NCBI GenBank assembly: GCA_951406725.2
Contig: OX597814.1
Location: 208,010,001 to 208,074,000, forward strand
From: Octopus vulgaris
Taxonomy: Eukaryota
DNA length: 64,000 bases
Direction of reading: 5' to 3'
The position numbers and the translations under genes are program-made. Of this stretch, positions 55,701 to 63,327 are shown one piece after another; position 1 is the first letter of the stretch, and each line of letters starts with the position of its first letter. The notes under the pieces are model-generated. The model did not search any database and was not told the origin of the DNA. It saw only the letters and a program-made list of their open reading frames with translations.

Positions 55701-56040
55701 GGGTTGGACGGTTCAACTGGGGTCTGGGAAGCCAGAAGGCTGCATCAGGCCCAGTCTGATCTGGCAATGTTTCTACGGCTCGATGCCCTTCCTAACGCCA
55801 ACCACCCCGTGAGTGTAGTGGGTGCTTTTTACGTGCCAGACAGGGCTGGCAAACGGCCACGGTCGGATGGTGCGTTTTACGTGCCACCGGCACAGAGGCC
55901 CGTCGGGTCGGCACTGGCAACGGCCACGTTCGGATGGTTCGCTTACGAATATATATATTATAATCACCTTATTTTAAATTATATGGATAATACCATACTA
56001 AATTCTGGTGCCTTTAACTTAAGTACCATCTGAATCTATG

Positions 56041-56081
<41 letters not shown>

Positions 56082-57678
56082 CATCAACCGATCACGACCG
56101 ATGCCAGTACCCACTGACCGGCTCCTGTGTCAGTGGCACCTAAAAAGCACCATCTGAATGCGTTTGTTGCCAGGCCCACATTACTGGCTCCGGTGCCGGT
56201 GGCACGTAAAAGTCACCAATCAATCATGACCGACACCAGTACCCCTTACTGGTTCCTGTGCCAGTAGCATGTAAAAAGCACCATCCGAATGTGATCGTTG
56301 CCAGGCCCGCCTTACTGGCTCCTGTGCTGGTGGCACATAAAAAGCACTCACTACACTCTTGGAGTTGTTGGCGTTAGGAAGGGCATCTAGCTGTAGAAAG
56401 TCTGCCAGGCCCGATTGGAGCTTGGTGCAGCCACTGGCTCTCCAGACCTCAGTCAAACCGTCCAACCCATGCCAGCAGGGAAAACAGACATTAATCGATG
56501 ATGATGATGATGATATATGTATACGTGCACAAGGTACATTCTTTATCAGGCATGGCATGCTTGGGCAACCTTTTTCGAGAAGTGTGCTTCACAAGACATG
56601 GCTCATAATCAGGTAGGCCACACTACTAAAAAATTTAAGGTAAGTTTTCATTAGGCGTGCCAGTGTGCCAGTGTGCCATTGAGAAAGTTCCACAGGCTAC
56701 AAGTCATCTATGACAACTCTAAGTAGTTAATCGACTTGATAGAAATATCAGCCAAATCTTCCTCAAATTATACCCTGCTGTTTTATTAAAAGAAGGACAG
56801 TGAATAATGTAGTAAAATCTCTCTATATATAAAGCTGAAGTTGTCTGTGTATGGCAGGTTTGGTAGCCTTCAACTAACACTATCTCCTCCAAGACCCTGC
56901 GGTGCAAGTTGACCAAAATTGAGAGTATGATAGAAGAAGGCTTGCTCTTCCTTCTGTAGAAGAAAACATTCAAATCAGACTATGTTAACACCAAAAATTA
57001 TTTACATCAAAAAGCTGCTTTTTTTCTATGAAAATCCCTATTTTTTAACGATTTTCTGACTGCAGTGTCGCCACTTTTTGGTGTATTTCAACCAGAAAAA
57101 TGTTTACTTAAAGAGAATAACAAGCTACATAATACAAAATTTTTACTTTTCAAAAATTCCAATTCTAAAGGGTCGAAAGAAACTCGAGCAACGCCCGGCG
57201 ATACTGCTAGTATACAATATGCCTGAATAAGAGATGAGATAGTCACAACTAGAATCGGAGTGTCTTTGATTAAAGGTCTTTATGCACAAGAAGAAGCTAA
57301 GCAACAACTATCTACGGCCCTTGGAAATTGTATAGAAACAATCAAATATATTTAGGATACAAACCAAATTGATGACCAAGTTACACGTCTCTTGCAGCAA
57401 AACTGTGATACGTGGAGCTGTATTGTAAAAGTTGGAGTTGGCCCATATAAGGCAAATGACATGTATGAGTGGAGGAAAATGCTGTGTCAGGTCTGTGAAA
57501 TCAGCTTGTTGGATATCAGTGAAGAGGTTGTGAAGTGGTTTTAAGAATACGTTTATGTCTCTTGCTTCATCAAGAGCTAAAAAATGATCAAATAATAAAA
57601 GAAAATAAACAAAAAATGTTATATGCATATAAACACATACATACATATACATGTCGTTTTCACTAATGCTGGTCTCAC

Positions 57679-57709
<31 letters not shown>

Positions 57710-60700
57710 ATACCCGGTTCACTCCGTGAAGCTGTTGGCTTTGCAAAAAGTGGAGACTGAAGCATCATAGTCTACCAACTCATCAGATCCTTGAATGGAA
57801 AGTATAGCCTGTCTACATCTCCATTGATATTGAAGCATGTGCGGATGCATGCATGCATACATGTGTGTGTGTGTGTCTGTGTGTGCATGCATGTATGTAG
57901 TATAGGCATGCTTATGTGGTTAAGAAGTTTGCTTCAGATCAACACAGTTAGGGGTTCTGTCCTACTGCGTTAACAATGTCAACTAATGTTCTACACTATA
58001 GCTTCAGGTTGACCAATTACTTATGAATGTAATTGGTAAATAGAAACTGAAGAAGTCTGCCATGTGTGTGCATATACATTTATGTGTATATGTGTATGTG
58101 TATATATGTGTGTATGTATGTGGTTGCATAAGTGAATTTGTATTCTCCTTGTCTCAACATATTTACTGATAATAAACAAAACAGTAGGCGCAAAATTTTC
58201 CCCAAAAATTTTTTCGAAAATTTTCACCAATAATTTTTCGAAAATTTTACCCAAAAATTTTTAGAAAATTTTTGCCCAAAATTTCCCCAAAAAATTTTTC
58301 GAAAATTTTCACCGAGAATTTTGGCCGAAAATTTTACCCAAAAATTTTTCGAAAATTTTCACCGAAAATTTCCCCAGAAAATTTTTCGAAAATTTTTGCC
58401 CAAAATTTTCCCCAAAAACTTTTTCGAAAATTTTCACCAATAATTTTTCGAAAATTTTACCCAAAAATTTTTCGAAAATCTTCACTGAAACTTTCCTCCA
58501 AAAATTGTCGAAAATTTTCCACAAAAATTTCTCGAAAATTTTCATCGAAAATTTTACCCAAAAATTTTTTTAAATTTTCACCGAAAATTTCCCCCAAAAA
58601 TTTTTCGAAAATTTTACCCAAAAATTTTCGAAAATTTTCACCGAAAATTTCCCCAAAAAATTTTTCGAAAATTTTTGCCCAAAATTTTCCCCAAAAATTT
58701 TTTTCGAAAATTTTCACCAACAATTTTTCGAAAATTTTACCCAAAAATTTTTAGAAAATTTTCACCGAAAATTTCCCCAAAAAATTTTTAGAAAATTTTC
58801 ACCGAGAATTTTTGCCGAAAATTTTACCCAAAAATTTTTCGAAAATTTTACCCAAAAATTTTTCGAAAATTTTCGCCGAAAATTTCCGCAAAGAATTTTT
58901 AGAAAATTTTTGCCCTAAATTTTCCCCAAAAACTTTTTCGAAAATTTTCACCAACAATTTTTAGAAAATTTTACCCGAAAATTTTTAGAAAGTTTTCACC
59001 GAAAATTTCCCCCAAAAATTTTTCGAAAATTTTTGCGCAAAATTTTCCCCAAAAAATTTTTTCGAAAATTTTCACCAACAATTTTTCGAAAATTTTACCC
59101 AAAAATTTTTCGAAAATCTTCACCGAAACTTTCCTCCAAAAATTGTCGAAAATTTTCCACAAAAATTTCTCGAAAATTTTCATCGAAAATTTTACCCGAA
59201 AATTTTTTAAAATTTTCGCCGAAAATTTTCGAAAATTTTACCCAAAATTTTCACCGAAAATTTCCCCAAAAAATTTTTCGAAAATTTTTACCGAAAATTT
59301 TCCCAAAAAATTTTTCGAAAATTTTTGCCCAAAATTTTCCCCAAAAACTTTTTCGAAAATTTTCACCAATAATTTTTCGAAAATTTTACCCAAAAATTTT
59401 TCGAAAATCTTCACTGAAACTTTCCTCCAAAAATTGTCGAAAATTTTCCACAAAAATTTCTCGAAAATTTTCATCGAAAATTTTACCCAAAAATTTTTTT
59501 TAATTTTCACCGAGAATTTCCCCCAAAAATTTTTCGAAAATTTTACCCAAAAATTTTTAGAAAATTTTCACCGAAAATTTCCCCAAAAAATTTTTCGAAA
59601 ATTTTTGCCCAAAATTTTCCCCAAAAATTTTTTCGAAAATTTTCACCGAAAATTTTTCGAAAATTTTCACCGAAAATTTTACCCAAAAATTTTTCGAAAA
59701 TCTTCACCGAAACTTTCCTCCAAAAATTGTCGAAAATTTTCATCGAAAATTTTACCCGAAAATTTTTTTAAATTTTCGCCGAGAATTTTCGAAAATTTTA
59801 CCCAAAATTTTCACCGAAAATTTCCCCAAAAAATTTTTCGAAAATTTTCACCGAAAATTTCCCCAAAAAATTTTTCGAAAATTTTCACCGAAAATTTCCC
59901 CAAAAAATTTTTCGAAAATTTTCACTAGAAAATTTTCACCAACAATTTTTCGAAAATTTTCACCGAAAATTTCCCCAAAAAATTTTTCGAAAATTTTCAC
60001 CGAAAATTTTCCCAAACAATTTTTTGAAAATTTTTGCCCAAAATTTTCCGCAAAAATTTTTCGAAAATTTTACCCAAAAATTTTTAGAAAATTTTTGCCC
60101 AAAATTTCCCAAAAAATTTTCGAAAATTTTATCAAAAATTTTTCGAAAATTTTCACCGAAAATTTCCCCAGAGAATTTTTCGAAAATTTTTGCCCAAAAT
60201 TTTCCCCAAAAACTTTTTCGAAAATTTTCACCAATAATTTTTCGAAAATTTTCACCGAAAATTTTACCCAAAAATTTTTCGAAAATCTTCACCGAAACTT
60301 TCCTCCAAAAATTGTCGAAAATTTTCCACAAAAATTTCTCGAAAATTTTCATCGAAAATTTTACCCGAAAATTTTTTTAAATTTTCGCCGAAAATTTTCG
60401 AAAATTTTACCCAAAATTTTCACCGAAAATTTCCCCAAAAATTTTTCGAAAATTTTCACTGAAAATTTTCCCAAAAATTTTTCGAAAATTTTCCCAAAAT
60501 TTTACCCAAAAATTTTTTTTTAGAAAATTTTCACCAACAATTTTTCGAAAATTTTCACCGAAAATTTCCCAAAAAATTTTTCGAAAATTTTCACCGAAAA
60601 TTTTCCCAAACAATTTTTCGAAAATTTTTGCCCCAAAATTTTCCGCAAAAATTTTTCGAAAATTTTTTCCCAAAATTTTACCCGAAAAGTTTTCGAAAAT

Positions 60701-61692
60701 TTTCCCCGAGAATTTCCCCAAAAAATTTTTAGAAAGTTTTCCCCCAAAAATTTTCGAAAATTTTCACGAAAATTTTACCCAAAAATTTTCACCAACAATT
60801 TTTCTTTTGAGTAGCAGACAGAAACTGAAAGGAGCTCAAGACATATGCATGTATATATGCACATATATATGTGGAGGCGCAATGGCCCAGTGGTTAAGGC
60901 AGCTGACTCGCGATAGTAGGATTGCGGTTTCGATTCCCAGACCGGGCGTTGTGAGTGTTTATTGAGCGAAAACACCCAAAGCTCCACGAGGCTCCGGCAG
61001 GGAGATGGTGGCAGCCCCTGCTGTACTCTTTCGCCACAACTTTCTCTCACTCTTTCTTCTGCTCGATTAGCCAGCGGGGTAGCGTCATTTGAAGGCTAAA
61101 TGTGAAGTGCATGGTGACCAGCGATGTGTAGCAACATCTGATAGCCTGGTCGGTCACGTGATCACGTGATAAGCATATGTATGTGTGTGTGCAGGTGACC
61201 AAGTGAATAGTAGAGGTGGATGCTCTGAGAGCATAGCTGCAAAAACAAGAATAGGCTGGGCAAAGTTGGTAACAAAGGGCCTCTCCTTCAGAGTAAAAGG
61301 TAGATTGTATGATGCCTGTGTGTGAACAGTCAGACTATATGGCAGTGCATGTGTTGTGACTGCAGAGGACATGCGAAGGCTTGAAAGAAATGATAGTAGT
61401 ATTCTTTGCTGAATGCGCAAAGCCTGAACAGACACTGATGCTCTATATATCATTGACAGGAGATTTGGCTGTTATGCAACTTCAGGACGTCTGTCACTGA
61501 GGAACAAATAGCAGGGTGAAATCATGACATCTGGCAGTTCTGGCAGCTATAGCAGATGGTTCTGTCAACAATATAATGATGAGTGCTTTTATATACCACA
61601 AGTCTTTATGAGAGATTCTCTCAAGGTGAATAATATAGTATTCTGTGTTTTTAAAACAACCCCCATGTTAAGTTGGAGATCAAGATTATCCG

Positions 61693-61739
<47 letters not shown>

Positions 61740-62876
61740 TATATACATACATAGATATATATATACATATATATACATACATACATCATCATCATCATCG
61801 TTTAACGTCCGTTTTCCATGCTAGCATGGGCTGGACGGTTCGACCAGGGTCTGGGAAGCCAGGAGGCTGCATCAGGCTGCAGTCTGATCTGGCAGTGTTT
61901 CTACAGCTGGATGCTCTTCCTAACGCCAACCACTCCGTGAGTGTTGTGGGTGCTTTTTACGTGCCACCGGCACAGATGCCAGGCGAGGCTGGCAACGGCT
62001 GCAATCGGTTGGTGCTTTTTACGTGCCACCGGCACGGAGGCCAGTCAAGGCGGCGCTGGCAACGGCCACGTTCGGATGGATCTTTTTACGTGCCATCGGC
62101 ACTGGTATCACAACTACAATTGCCATTGATTTTTTGATCATACATATATATATATATCTATATATGTGAGTGTAATGTAAATTTTACTCTGCTACACATA
62201 TTACAGATATATCTAATTAATGAAATATTAACGTTGCATATATTAACAGTTCCAAGATTATATGATGTAGTTCAACTTTTATGAGAAACCTGACCATTAG
62301 AATAACTATAGAATATTGTTTAAATATAAATAACTAGCTCTTACCAGTTTCAACATCTCGTAACAAATTCTGGAAAGAAATGTGATATACACTGTTGGTT
62401 CTTTCTAATAGGCTTGCCATTTTTACGACTCTTGGAGCTTGTAGCTATAAACAACAGAACAAAGATTTTTTTAAAAAAAAGAGAAAATAATTTTGATGAA
62501 TGAAAGCAGGGAACTTGGAGTAATCATGGACTGAAGATACTGTTTCAAATAAATTTGGGAGGACAGGCATGTAGAGAGGAGAAGGAGAAGGATAATGCCA
62601 TCACCACTAATGACACTGATGCTGTCATTTTAACCATTCTGCCGCCTTAAAATAGAAGAAACAAAATTAAACTTGACTAAACATACCTGGTCATAGATGC
62701 AGTTCAAATTCTTAAGTCTATCTTGCCAGAAATTCAATTCTACAAATGGAGTTGGATTCTGTCCGTCCTTCAAGAATTGAGCAGAATGTCTCTTTAGAAC
62801 ATCTTGTATCTGGTGAGACCATTCTATGACAACTGATTCTGTAGAATGTACTAAGGCACGTGTCAACAAGCTATCT
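1420..62876 (-). CDS. DNAH9: Axonemal outer-arm dynein beta heavy chain (DNAH9/11/17-like), partial, 26 exons; both ends outside window
   Basis: Spliced translation is continuous over 26 GT-AG exons with matching phases. Motifs: [10 protein letters not shown] (linker), [45 protein letters not shown] (AAA1 P-loop), [43 protein letters not shown]. Which of DNAH9/11/17 is the exact orthologue cannot be resolved by eye. Confidence 0.93.
1912..2144 (-). mobile_element. tRNA-headed SINE (CORE-like centre)
   Basis: 17-bp TSD catatatgtaatatata (1895-1911, 2145-2161); B-box-like GTTTCGATTCC and GTTCTTGAGCAAAACACTT on the minus strand. Confidence 0.8.
2630..3065 (+). mobile_element. SINE family 1 (GGCGAGCTGGCAGAA head), tandem copies
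   Basis: A-box-like TGGCAGAAACG, B-box GTTCAAATTCC, conserved core GACTTTGCCTTTCATCCTTTCGGGGTCGAT; further copies at about 5103-5500, 7478-7666 and 25917-26147. Confidence 0.8.
3347..3734 (+). mobile_element. Non-autonomous Helitron
   Basis: 5' TC(TTTATATATAAA), subterminal hairpin CCCGAGCAACGCCGGG, 3' CTAG, inserted between A and T, no TSD. Confidence 0.82.
3805..4067 (-). CDS. Dynein HC exon 25, AAA1 Walker B/sensor I: [24 protein letters not shown]...[11 protein letters not shown]
   Basis: ttccag acceptor, gtatct donor, 263 nt, phase 0 to 2. Confidence 0.96.
4584..5010 (-). mobile_element. Non-autonomous Helitron (different family)
   Basis: Minus strand starts A/TCTACTATAATAATA and ends CTAG/T; the hairpin is degenerate. 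Confidence 0.55.
5512..5851 (+). mobile_element. tRNA-headed CORE-like SINE inserted in an older SINE
   Basis: 12-bp TSD cttccacaaaat (5500-5511, 5852-5863); A box TGGCTCAGTGG, B-box-like GCTCGAATCC, CCTGAGCAAGGCACTT. Confidence 0.85.
5931..6087 (-). CDS. Dynein HC exon 24, AAA1 Walker A: CYITLTQSL...[15 protein letters not shown]...[10 protein letters not shown]
   Basis: ttttag acceptor, gtaagc donor, 157 nt, phase 2 to 0. Confidence 0.96.
6535..6866 (+). mobile_element. CR1/L2-group LINE 3' end
   Basis: ORF end LRGHSEKL...[17 protein letters not shown]...FKVSLD typical of the CR1-group ORF2 C-terminus; (TTAAC)n tail. Confidence 0.8.
7103..7398 (-). CDS. Dynein HC exon 23: IQQLNALI...[19 protein letters not shown]...[16 protein letters not shown]
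   Basis: acacag acceptor, gtatat donor, 296 nt, phase 0 to 2. Confidence 0.95.
8255..8862 (+). mobile_element. RTE-type LINE 3' end (family 4) with tandem units and (GAT)n tail
   Basis: Conserved terminus GAAGGGCATCCAG...CCAACCCATGCTAGCATGGAAAACGGACGTTAAAC(GAT)n. About 20 copies: + near 7675, 10908, 12555, 14195, 15782, 17625, 22855, 25250, 28294, 32972, 33450, 34030, 56078; - near 9631, 12137, 16371, 38743, 51948, 55662, 61785, 63491. Confidence 0.75.
10322..10555 (-). CDS. Dynein HC exon 22: VEVWLNSVL...[16 protein letters not shown]...DYNKKQ
   Basis: taacag acceptor, gtgagg donor, 234 nt. Confidence 0.94.
10610..10820. mobile_element. piggyBac-type MITE
   Basis: TTAA/CCCTTTAG...CTAAAGGG/TTAA; the same family occurs inverted at 18941-19561 and decayed at about 42918-43127. 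Confidence 0.8.
13467..13619 (-). CDS. Dynein HC exon 21: [17 protein letters not shown]...[10 protein letters not shown]...CDCSGQ
   Basis: atatag acceptor, gtaatg donor, 153 nt; this frame is not in the ORF track. Confidence 0.92.
14196..14712 (+). repeat. Tandem array of alternating 67-bp and 62-bp units inside a family-4 element
   Basis: Nine occurrences of AC(G/A)TAAAA(A/G)GC core; A/B alternation gives a dimer of about 129 bp repeated four times. Confidence 0.9.
16096..16324. repeat. Fold-back (inverted repeat) element, arms about 100 bp
   Basis: CATGGGACATTGGTACTTGTCTC-TATCTTGGATGAG is reverse-complementary to CTCATCCAAGAT-CGAGACAAGTACCAATGTCCCATG; loop about 28 bp. Confidence 0.85.
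18632..18850 (-). CDS. Dynein HC exon 20: ...[34 protein letters not shown]
   Basis: atttag acceptor, gtacgt donor, 219 nt. Confidence 0.94.
18941..19561. mobile_element. piggyBac-type MITE interrupted by a SINE
   Basis: TTAA at 18937-18940 and 19562-19565; CCCTTTAG/CTAAAGGG ends; homologous to 10610-10820. Confidence 0.8.
19143..19529 (+). mobile_element. SINE family 3 (GGAGGCGCAATGGCCCAGTGG head), young copy
   Basis: 14-bp TSD atatttgacagagt (19129-19142, 19530-19543); A box TGGCCCAGTGG, B box GTTTCGATTCC. Confidence 0.88.
19750..19974 (-). CDS. Dynein HC exon 19: [10 protein letters not shown]...[24 protein letters not shown]
   Basis: ttacag acceptor, gtataa donor, 225 nt. Confidence 0.94.
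20127..21120 (+). mobile_element. Probable solo LTR
   Basis: 4-bp TSD ggcc (20123-20126, 21121-21124); ends TATAGCATGACTG...CAGTCATATTCCTTACA; CCAAT 20293, TATAAAAA 20363, AATAAA 20948. Confidence 0.6.
21747..21980 (+). mobile_element. SINE family 1, full-length monomer
   Basis: 16-bp TSD aggtaactatggcatg (21731-21746, 21981-21996); A and B boxes. Confidence 0.88.
22280..22525 (-). CDS. Dynein HC exon 18: [15 protein letters not shown]...[13 protein letters not shown]...[11 protein letters not shown]
   Basis: taccag acceptor, gtaagt donor, 246 nt. Confidence 0.94.
23182..23370. repeat. (GAA)63 microsatellite
   Basis: Perfect 189-bp triplet run at the tail position of a family-4 element. 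Confidence 0.97.
23471..23516 (-). ncRNA. Minimal type I hammerhead ribozyme motif (one stem I mismatch)
   Basis: Minus strand reads GACAC CUGAUGA A GGCUG-gaggguauau-CAGCU GAAA CGUU AUGUU. Confidence 0.6.
23661..24110 (-). mobile_element. SINE family 2 (GGCGCAGGAGTGGCTGTGTGG head, CORE-like, internal (TA)n/(TG)n)
   Basis: 6-bp TSD tatatc (23655-23660, 24111-24116); other copies at 29295-29708(-), 35127-35544(+), 43578-43995(+), 46545-46960(-). Confidence 0.85.
24224..24625 (-). CDS. Dynein HC exon 17: YHEEIHKM...[27 protein letters not shown]
   Basis: taaaag acceptor, gtaagg donor, 402 nt; RDRHW motif. Confidence 0.93.
26685..27350. repeat. Cryptic triplet repeat (TCA/TCG/TTG)n
   Basis: About 220 in-phase triplets; source of the spurious poly-D/N, poly-T/M and poly-S ORFs. 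Confidence 0.95.
27871..28074 (-). CDS. Dynein HC exon 16: [28 protein letters not shown]...
   Basis: aaacag acceptor, gtgaga donor, 204 nt. Confidence 0.93.
28758..29073 (+). mobile_element. SINE with family-3-like head and a different tail
   Basis: 13-bp TSD atatctcaggtgt (28745-28757, 29074-29086); TGGCCTAGTG and GGTTCGAATCT boxes. Confidence 0.82.
29793..30015 (-). CDS. Dynein HC exon 15: LADLSEFIK...[15 protein letters not shown]
   Basis: cctcag acceptor, gtgagt donor, 223 nt, phase 2 to 0. Confidence 0.93.
30209..30593 (-). mobile_element. SINE family 3, young copy
   Basis: 13-bp TSD agttactgcaact (30196-30208, 30594-30606); near-identical to 19143-19529. Confidence 0.88.
31134..31424. 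repeat. Fold-back element, 135-bp arms, 21-bp loop
   Basis: 31134-31268 is reverse-complementary to 31290-31424 with few mismatches. Confidence 0.92.
31451..31920 (-). mobile_element. Decayed gag-like ORF of an LTR/Gypsy-related element
   Basis: Frameshifted [36 protein letters not shown]... / ...[22 protein letters not shown]...VKLVFVT resembles invertebrate Gypsy gag N-termini. Confidence 0.6.
32412..32632. mobile_element. piggyBac-type MITE (third family)
   Basis: TTAA/CCCTTT...AAAAGGG/TTAA (32408-32411, 32633-32636). Confidence 0.72.
32756..32925 (-). CDS. Dynein HC exon 14: IDTYEKIY...[27 protein letters not shown]
   Basis: aaacag acceptor, gtaaat donor, 170 nt, phase 0 to 2. Confidence 0.93.
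34238..34492 (-). CDS. Dynein HC exon 13: PDLEEMDEL...[19 protein letters not shown]...[10 protein letters not shown]
   Basis: ttgtag acceptor, gtaaag donor, 255 nt. Confidence 0.93.
35127..35544 (+). mobile_element. SINE family 2, full length
   Basis: TSD tagtta (35121-35126, 35545-35550); (AAGAGTAA)-like tail. Confidence 0.85.
35578..35910 (-). CDS. Dynein HC exon 12: [30 protein letters not shown]...
   Basis: tttcag acceptor, gttgcg donor, 333 nt. Confidence 0.92.
36162..36398 (-). mobile_element. SINE family 1 monomer
   Basis: 14-bp TSD atctctcaacatat (36148-36161, 36399-36412). Confidence 0.85.
36873..37117 (-). CDS. Dynein HC exon 11: [19 protein letters not shown]...[11 protein letters not shown]
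   Basis: caatag acceptor, gtaaaa donor, 245 nt, phase 1 to 0. Confidence 0.92.
37350..37706. repeat. Compound pentanucleotide microsatellite (ATATA/ATATG/GTATG)n
   Basis: Direct reading. Confidence 0.92.
37707..38091 (+). mobile_element. Non-autonomous Helitron
   Basis: A/TCTCTCTCTATATAAA...CCCGAGCAACGCCGGGCGATACTGCTAG/T; 3' part shared with 3347-3734. Confidence 0.82.
39850..40245 (+). mobile_element. Non-autonomous Helitron
   Basis: Same termini; near-identical to 56818-57210. Confidence 0.82.
40285..40540 (-). CDS. Dynein HC exon 10: [11 protein letters not shown]...[17 protein letters not shown]
   Basis: ttctag acceptor, gtaaga donor, 256 nt, phase 0 to 1. Confidence 0.92.
41320..41446 (-). 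CDS. Dynein HC exon 9: [26 protein letters not shown]...VNFDAQ
   Basis: ttgtag acceptor, gttagt donor, 127 nt, phase 2 to 0; not in the ORF track. Confidence 0.9.
41566..42420 (-). mobile_element. Short RTE-derived element with a second RTE 3' fragment (41593-42017) nested in its tail
   Basis: 10-bp TSD actccctatc (41583-41592, 42018-42027); the nested part encodes RLRWLGH-like and GGQRKTW motifs; TAAG tail. Confidence 0.65.
43452..43520 (-). CDS. Dynein HC exon 8: [22 protein letters not shown]
   Basis: ctctag acceptor, gttagt donor, 69 nt, phase 2 to 2. Confidence 0.88.
44226..45290 (-). repeat. Head-to-tail SINE family 1 multimer within a tandem duplication of 518-bp period
   Basis: ggggacaaatggaccc at 44226 and 44744; repeated units of about 165 bp; full head only at the 45290 end. 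Confidence 0.88.
45459..45724 (-). CDS. Dynein HC exon 7: [18 protein letters not shown]...[17 protein letters not shown]
   Basis: ttaaag acceptor, gtaatt donor, 266 nt, phase 0 to 2. Confidence 0.92.
47926..48042 (-). CDS. Dynein HC exon 6: [39 protein letters not shown]
   Basis: aacaag acceptor, gtaaga donor, 117 nt. Confidence 0.9.
48145..48728 (-). mobile_element. SINE family 1 trimer
   Basis: Three cores joined at GAAATAG/GTATTTCGTCT; dimers also at 49638-49963 and 53495-53912. Confidence 0.85.
49205..49500. mobile_element. hAT-type MITE
   Basis: 8-bp TSD gcttagat (49197-49204, 49501-49508); ends CAGGCCTGGCTAAC / GTTGGCCAACCCTG. Confidence 0.82.
50108..50372. repeat. Fold-back element, 113-bp arms, TTAGGG-like repeats in the loop
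   Basis: 50108-50220 is reverse-complementary to 50260-50372; loop contains GGGGTAGGGTTAGGGTTAG; TA at both outer ends. Confidence 0.92.
51348..51515 (-). CDS. Dynein HC exon 5: [23 protein letters not shown]...
   Basis: tttcag acceptor, gtaaca donor, 168 nt. Confidence 0.92.
51799..51947. repeat. Compound (AAG)/(GAG)/(AAC) microsatellite
   Basis: Direct reading; abuts the tail of a minus-strand family-4 element. Confidence 0.95.
52256..52465. mobile_element. Tc1/mariner-type MITE
   Basis: Imperfect inverted ends GGTGCTGAAAAGTTCCTGGCTTT / AAAGCCATGAACTTTGCAGCACC in a TA-rich site. Confidence 0.65.
54350..54845 (-). mobile_element. CR1/L2-group LINE 3' fragment inserted in a SINE
   Basis: [27 protein letters not shown] motif and (ATT)n tail; SINE sequence before 54350 resumes after about 54850. 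Confidence 0.75.
54965..55198 (-). CDS. Dynein HC exon 4: [18 protein letters not shown]...[15 protein letters not shown]
   Basis: ttgtag acceptor, gtaagt donor, 234 nt. Confidence 0.9.
56818..57210 (+). mobile_element. Non-autonomous Helitron
   Basis: A/TC...CTAG/T; copy of 39850-40245. Confidence 0.8.
57365..57576 (-). CDS. Dynein HC exon 3: [15 protein letters not shown]...[12 protein letters not shown]
   Basis: tttag acceptor, gtttgt donor, 212 nt, phase 1 to 0. Confidence 0.9.
58191..60802. repeat. A/T-tract satellite (core GAAAATTTT(T)C, roughly 10-12 bp) with higher-order structure
   Basis: 2.6 kb of AAAATTTT tracts separated by CG/CACCG/ACCC/CCCC; marker ctttcctcc at 58491, 59129, 59420, 59713, 60298. 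Confidence 0.95.
60873..61168 (+). mobile_element. SINE with family-3 head and a third tail type
   Basis: Head close to 19143; diverges after ctttctctcactct; ends GTCACGTGATCACGTGAT. Confidence 0.8.
61190..61420 (+). mobile_element. RTE-type ORF2 remnant
   Basis: Degenerate RIGWAK...[16 protein letters not shown]...YGS..C motif. Confidence 0.6.
62345..62444 (-). CDS. Dynein HC exon 2: [33 protein letters not shown]
   Basis: tttatag acceptor, G/gtaaga donor, 100 nt, phase 0 to 1; not in the ORF track. Confidence 0.88.
62687..62876 (-). CDS. Dynein HC exon (1st in window): [23 protein letters not shown]...IYDQ
   Basis: tttcag acceptor (nearby alternative AGs are possible), CAG/gtatgt donor; N-terminal tail sequence. 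Confidence 0.85.
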
Positions 62877-63099
62877 CTGAAATATGGAAAAAAGTAATAG
62901 TCATGACATCCCTTTACCACACCCAAATTTCTAGATAAAAGAGTATTTGCCAATAGACTTCAATCCTAGTATTGAGACAGGAATTTCTGTCACAAACTTT
63001 GGAGGGATGAAGGTTGAAATCAATCAATGTAGAATTTGAACTGAGAACATAGAGTAATGAAATTAAATTGATATTTAAATCAGGTCTGCTATCATTTAA

Positions 63100-63327
63100 C
63101 AACTTACCATCCTTAAAGTTTTGAGAAGATGAAAGAGGCTGTGACAAGAGTCTTGGACAACATCAGTTTGGAGGACTTCCATAGAGCCTTCACAAAGTGT
63201 CTGGAGCACTACAAGTGCATTGAAGTTAGAGGATCCTACTTTGAAAGAGATTAGAATTTTGTACTTCTTTCAAATTAATAAATGTCTCACCTGGAAAAGA
63301 CTTAAAACTTCTGGAATGCAACTTGTA
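63100..63327 (+). mobile_element. Mariner-like transposase 3' end remnant
   Basis: EKMKEAVTRVLDNISLEDFHRAFTKCLE...KCIEVRGSYFE followed by a TIR-like end. Confidence 0.6.

Noticed and set aside
58491-60298. 292-bp period read as exactly two nucleosome cores
   Set aside because: The numerical match to 2 x 146 leaves no linker and rests on only four spacings, so I treat it as coincidence until tested.
58272-60747. K/F/I/P-rich ORFs up to 261 aa
   Set aside because: Translations of the A/T-tract satellite, open in several frames on both strands.
1420-62876. Dynein pseudogene, missing exon or non-canonical splicing
   Set aside because: All 26 exons have GT-AG boundaries and compatible phases, and I found no in-frame stop. 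The AAG acceptors at 24626, 45725 and 48043 are uncommon but valid.
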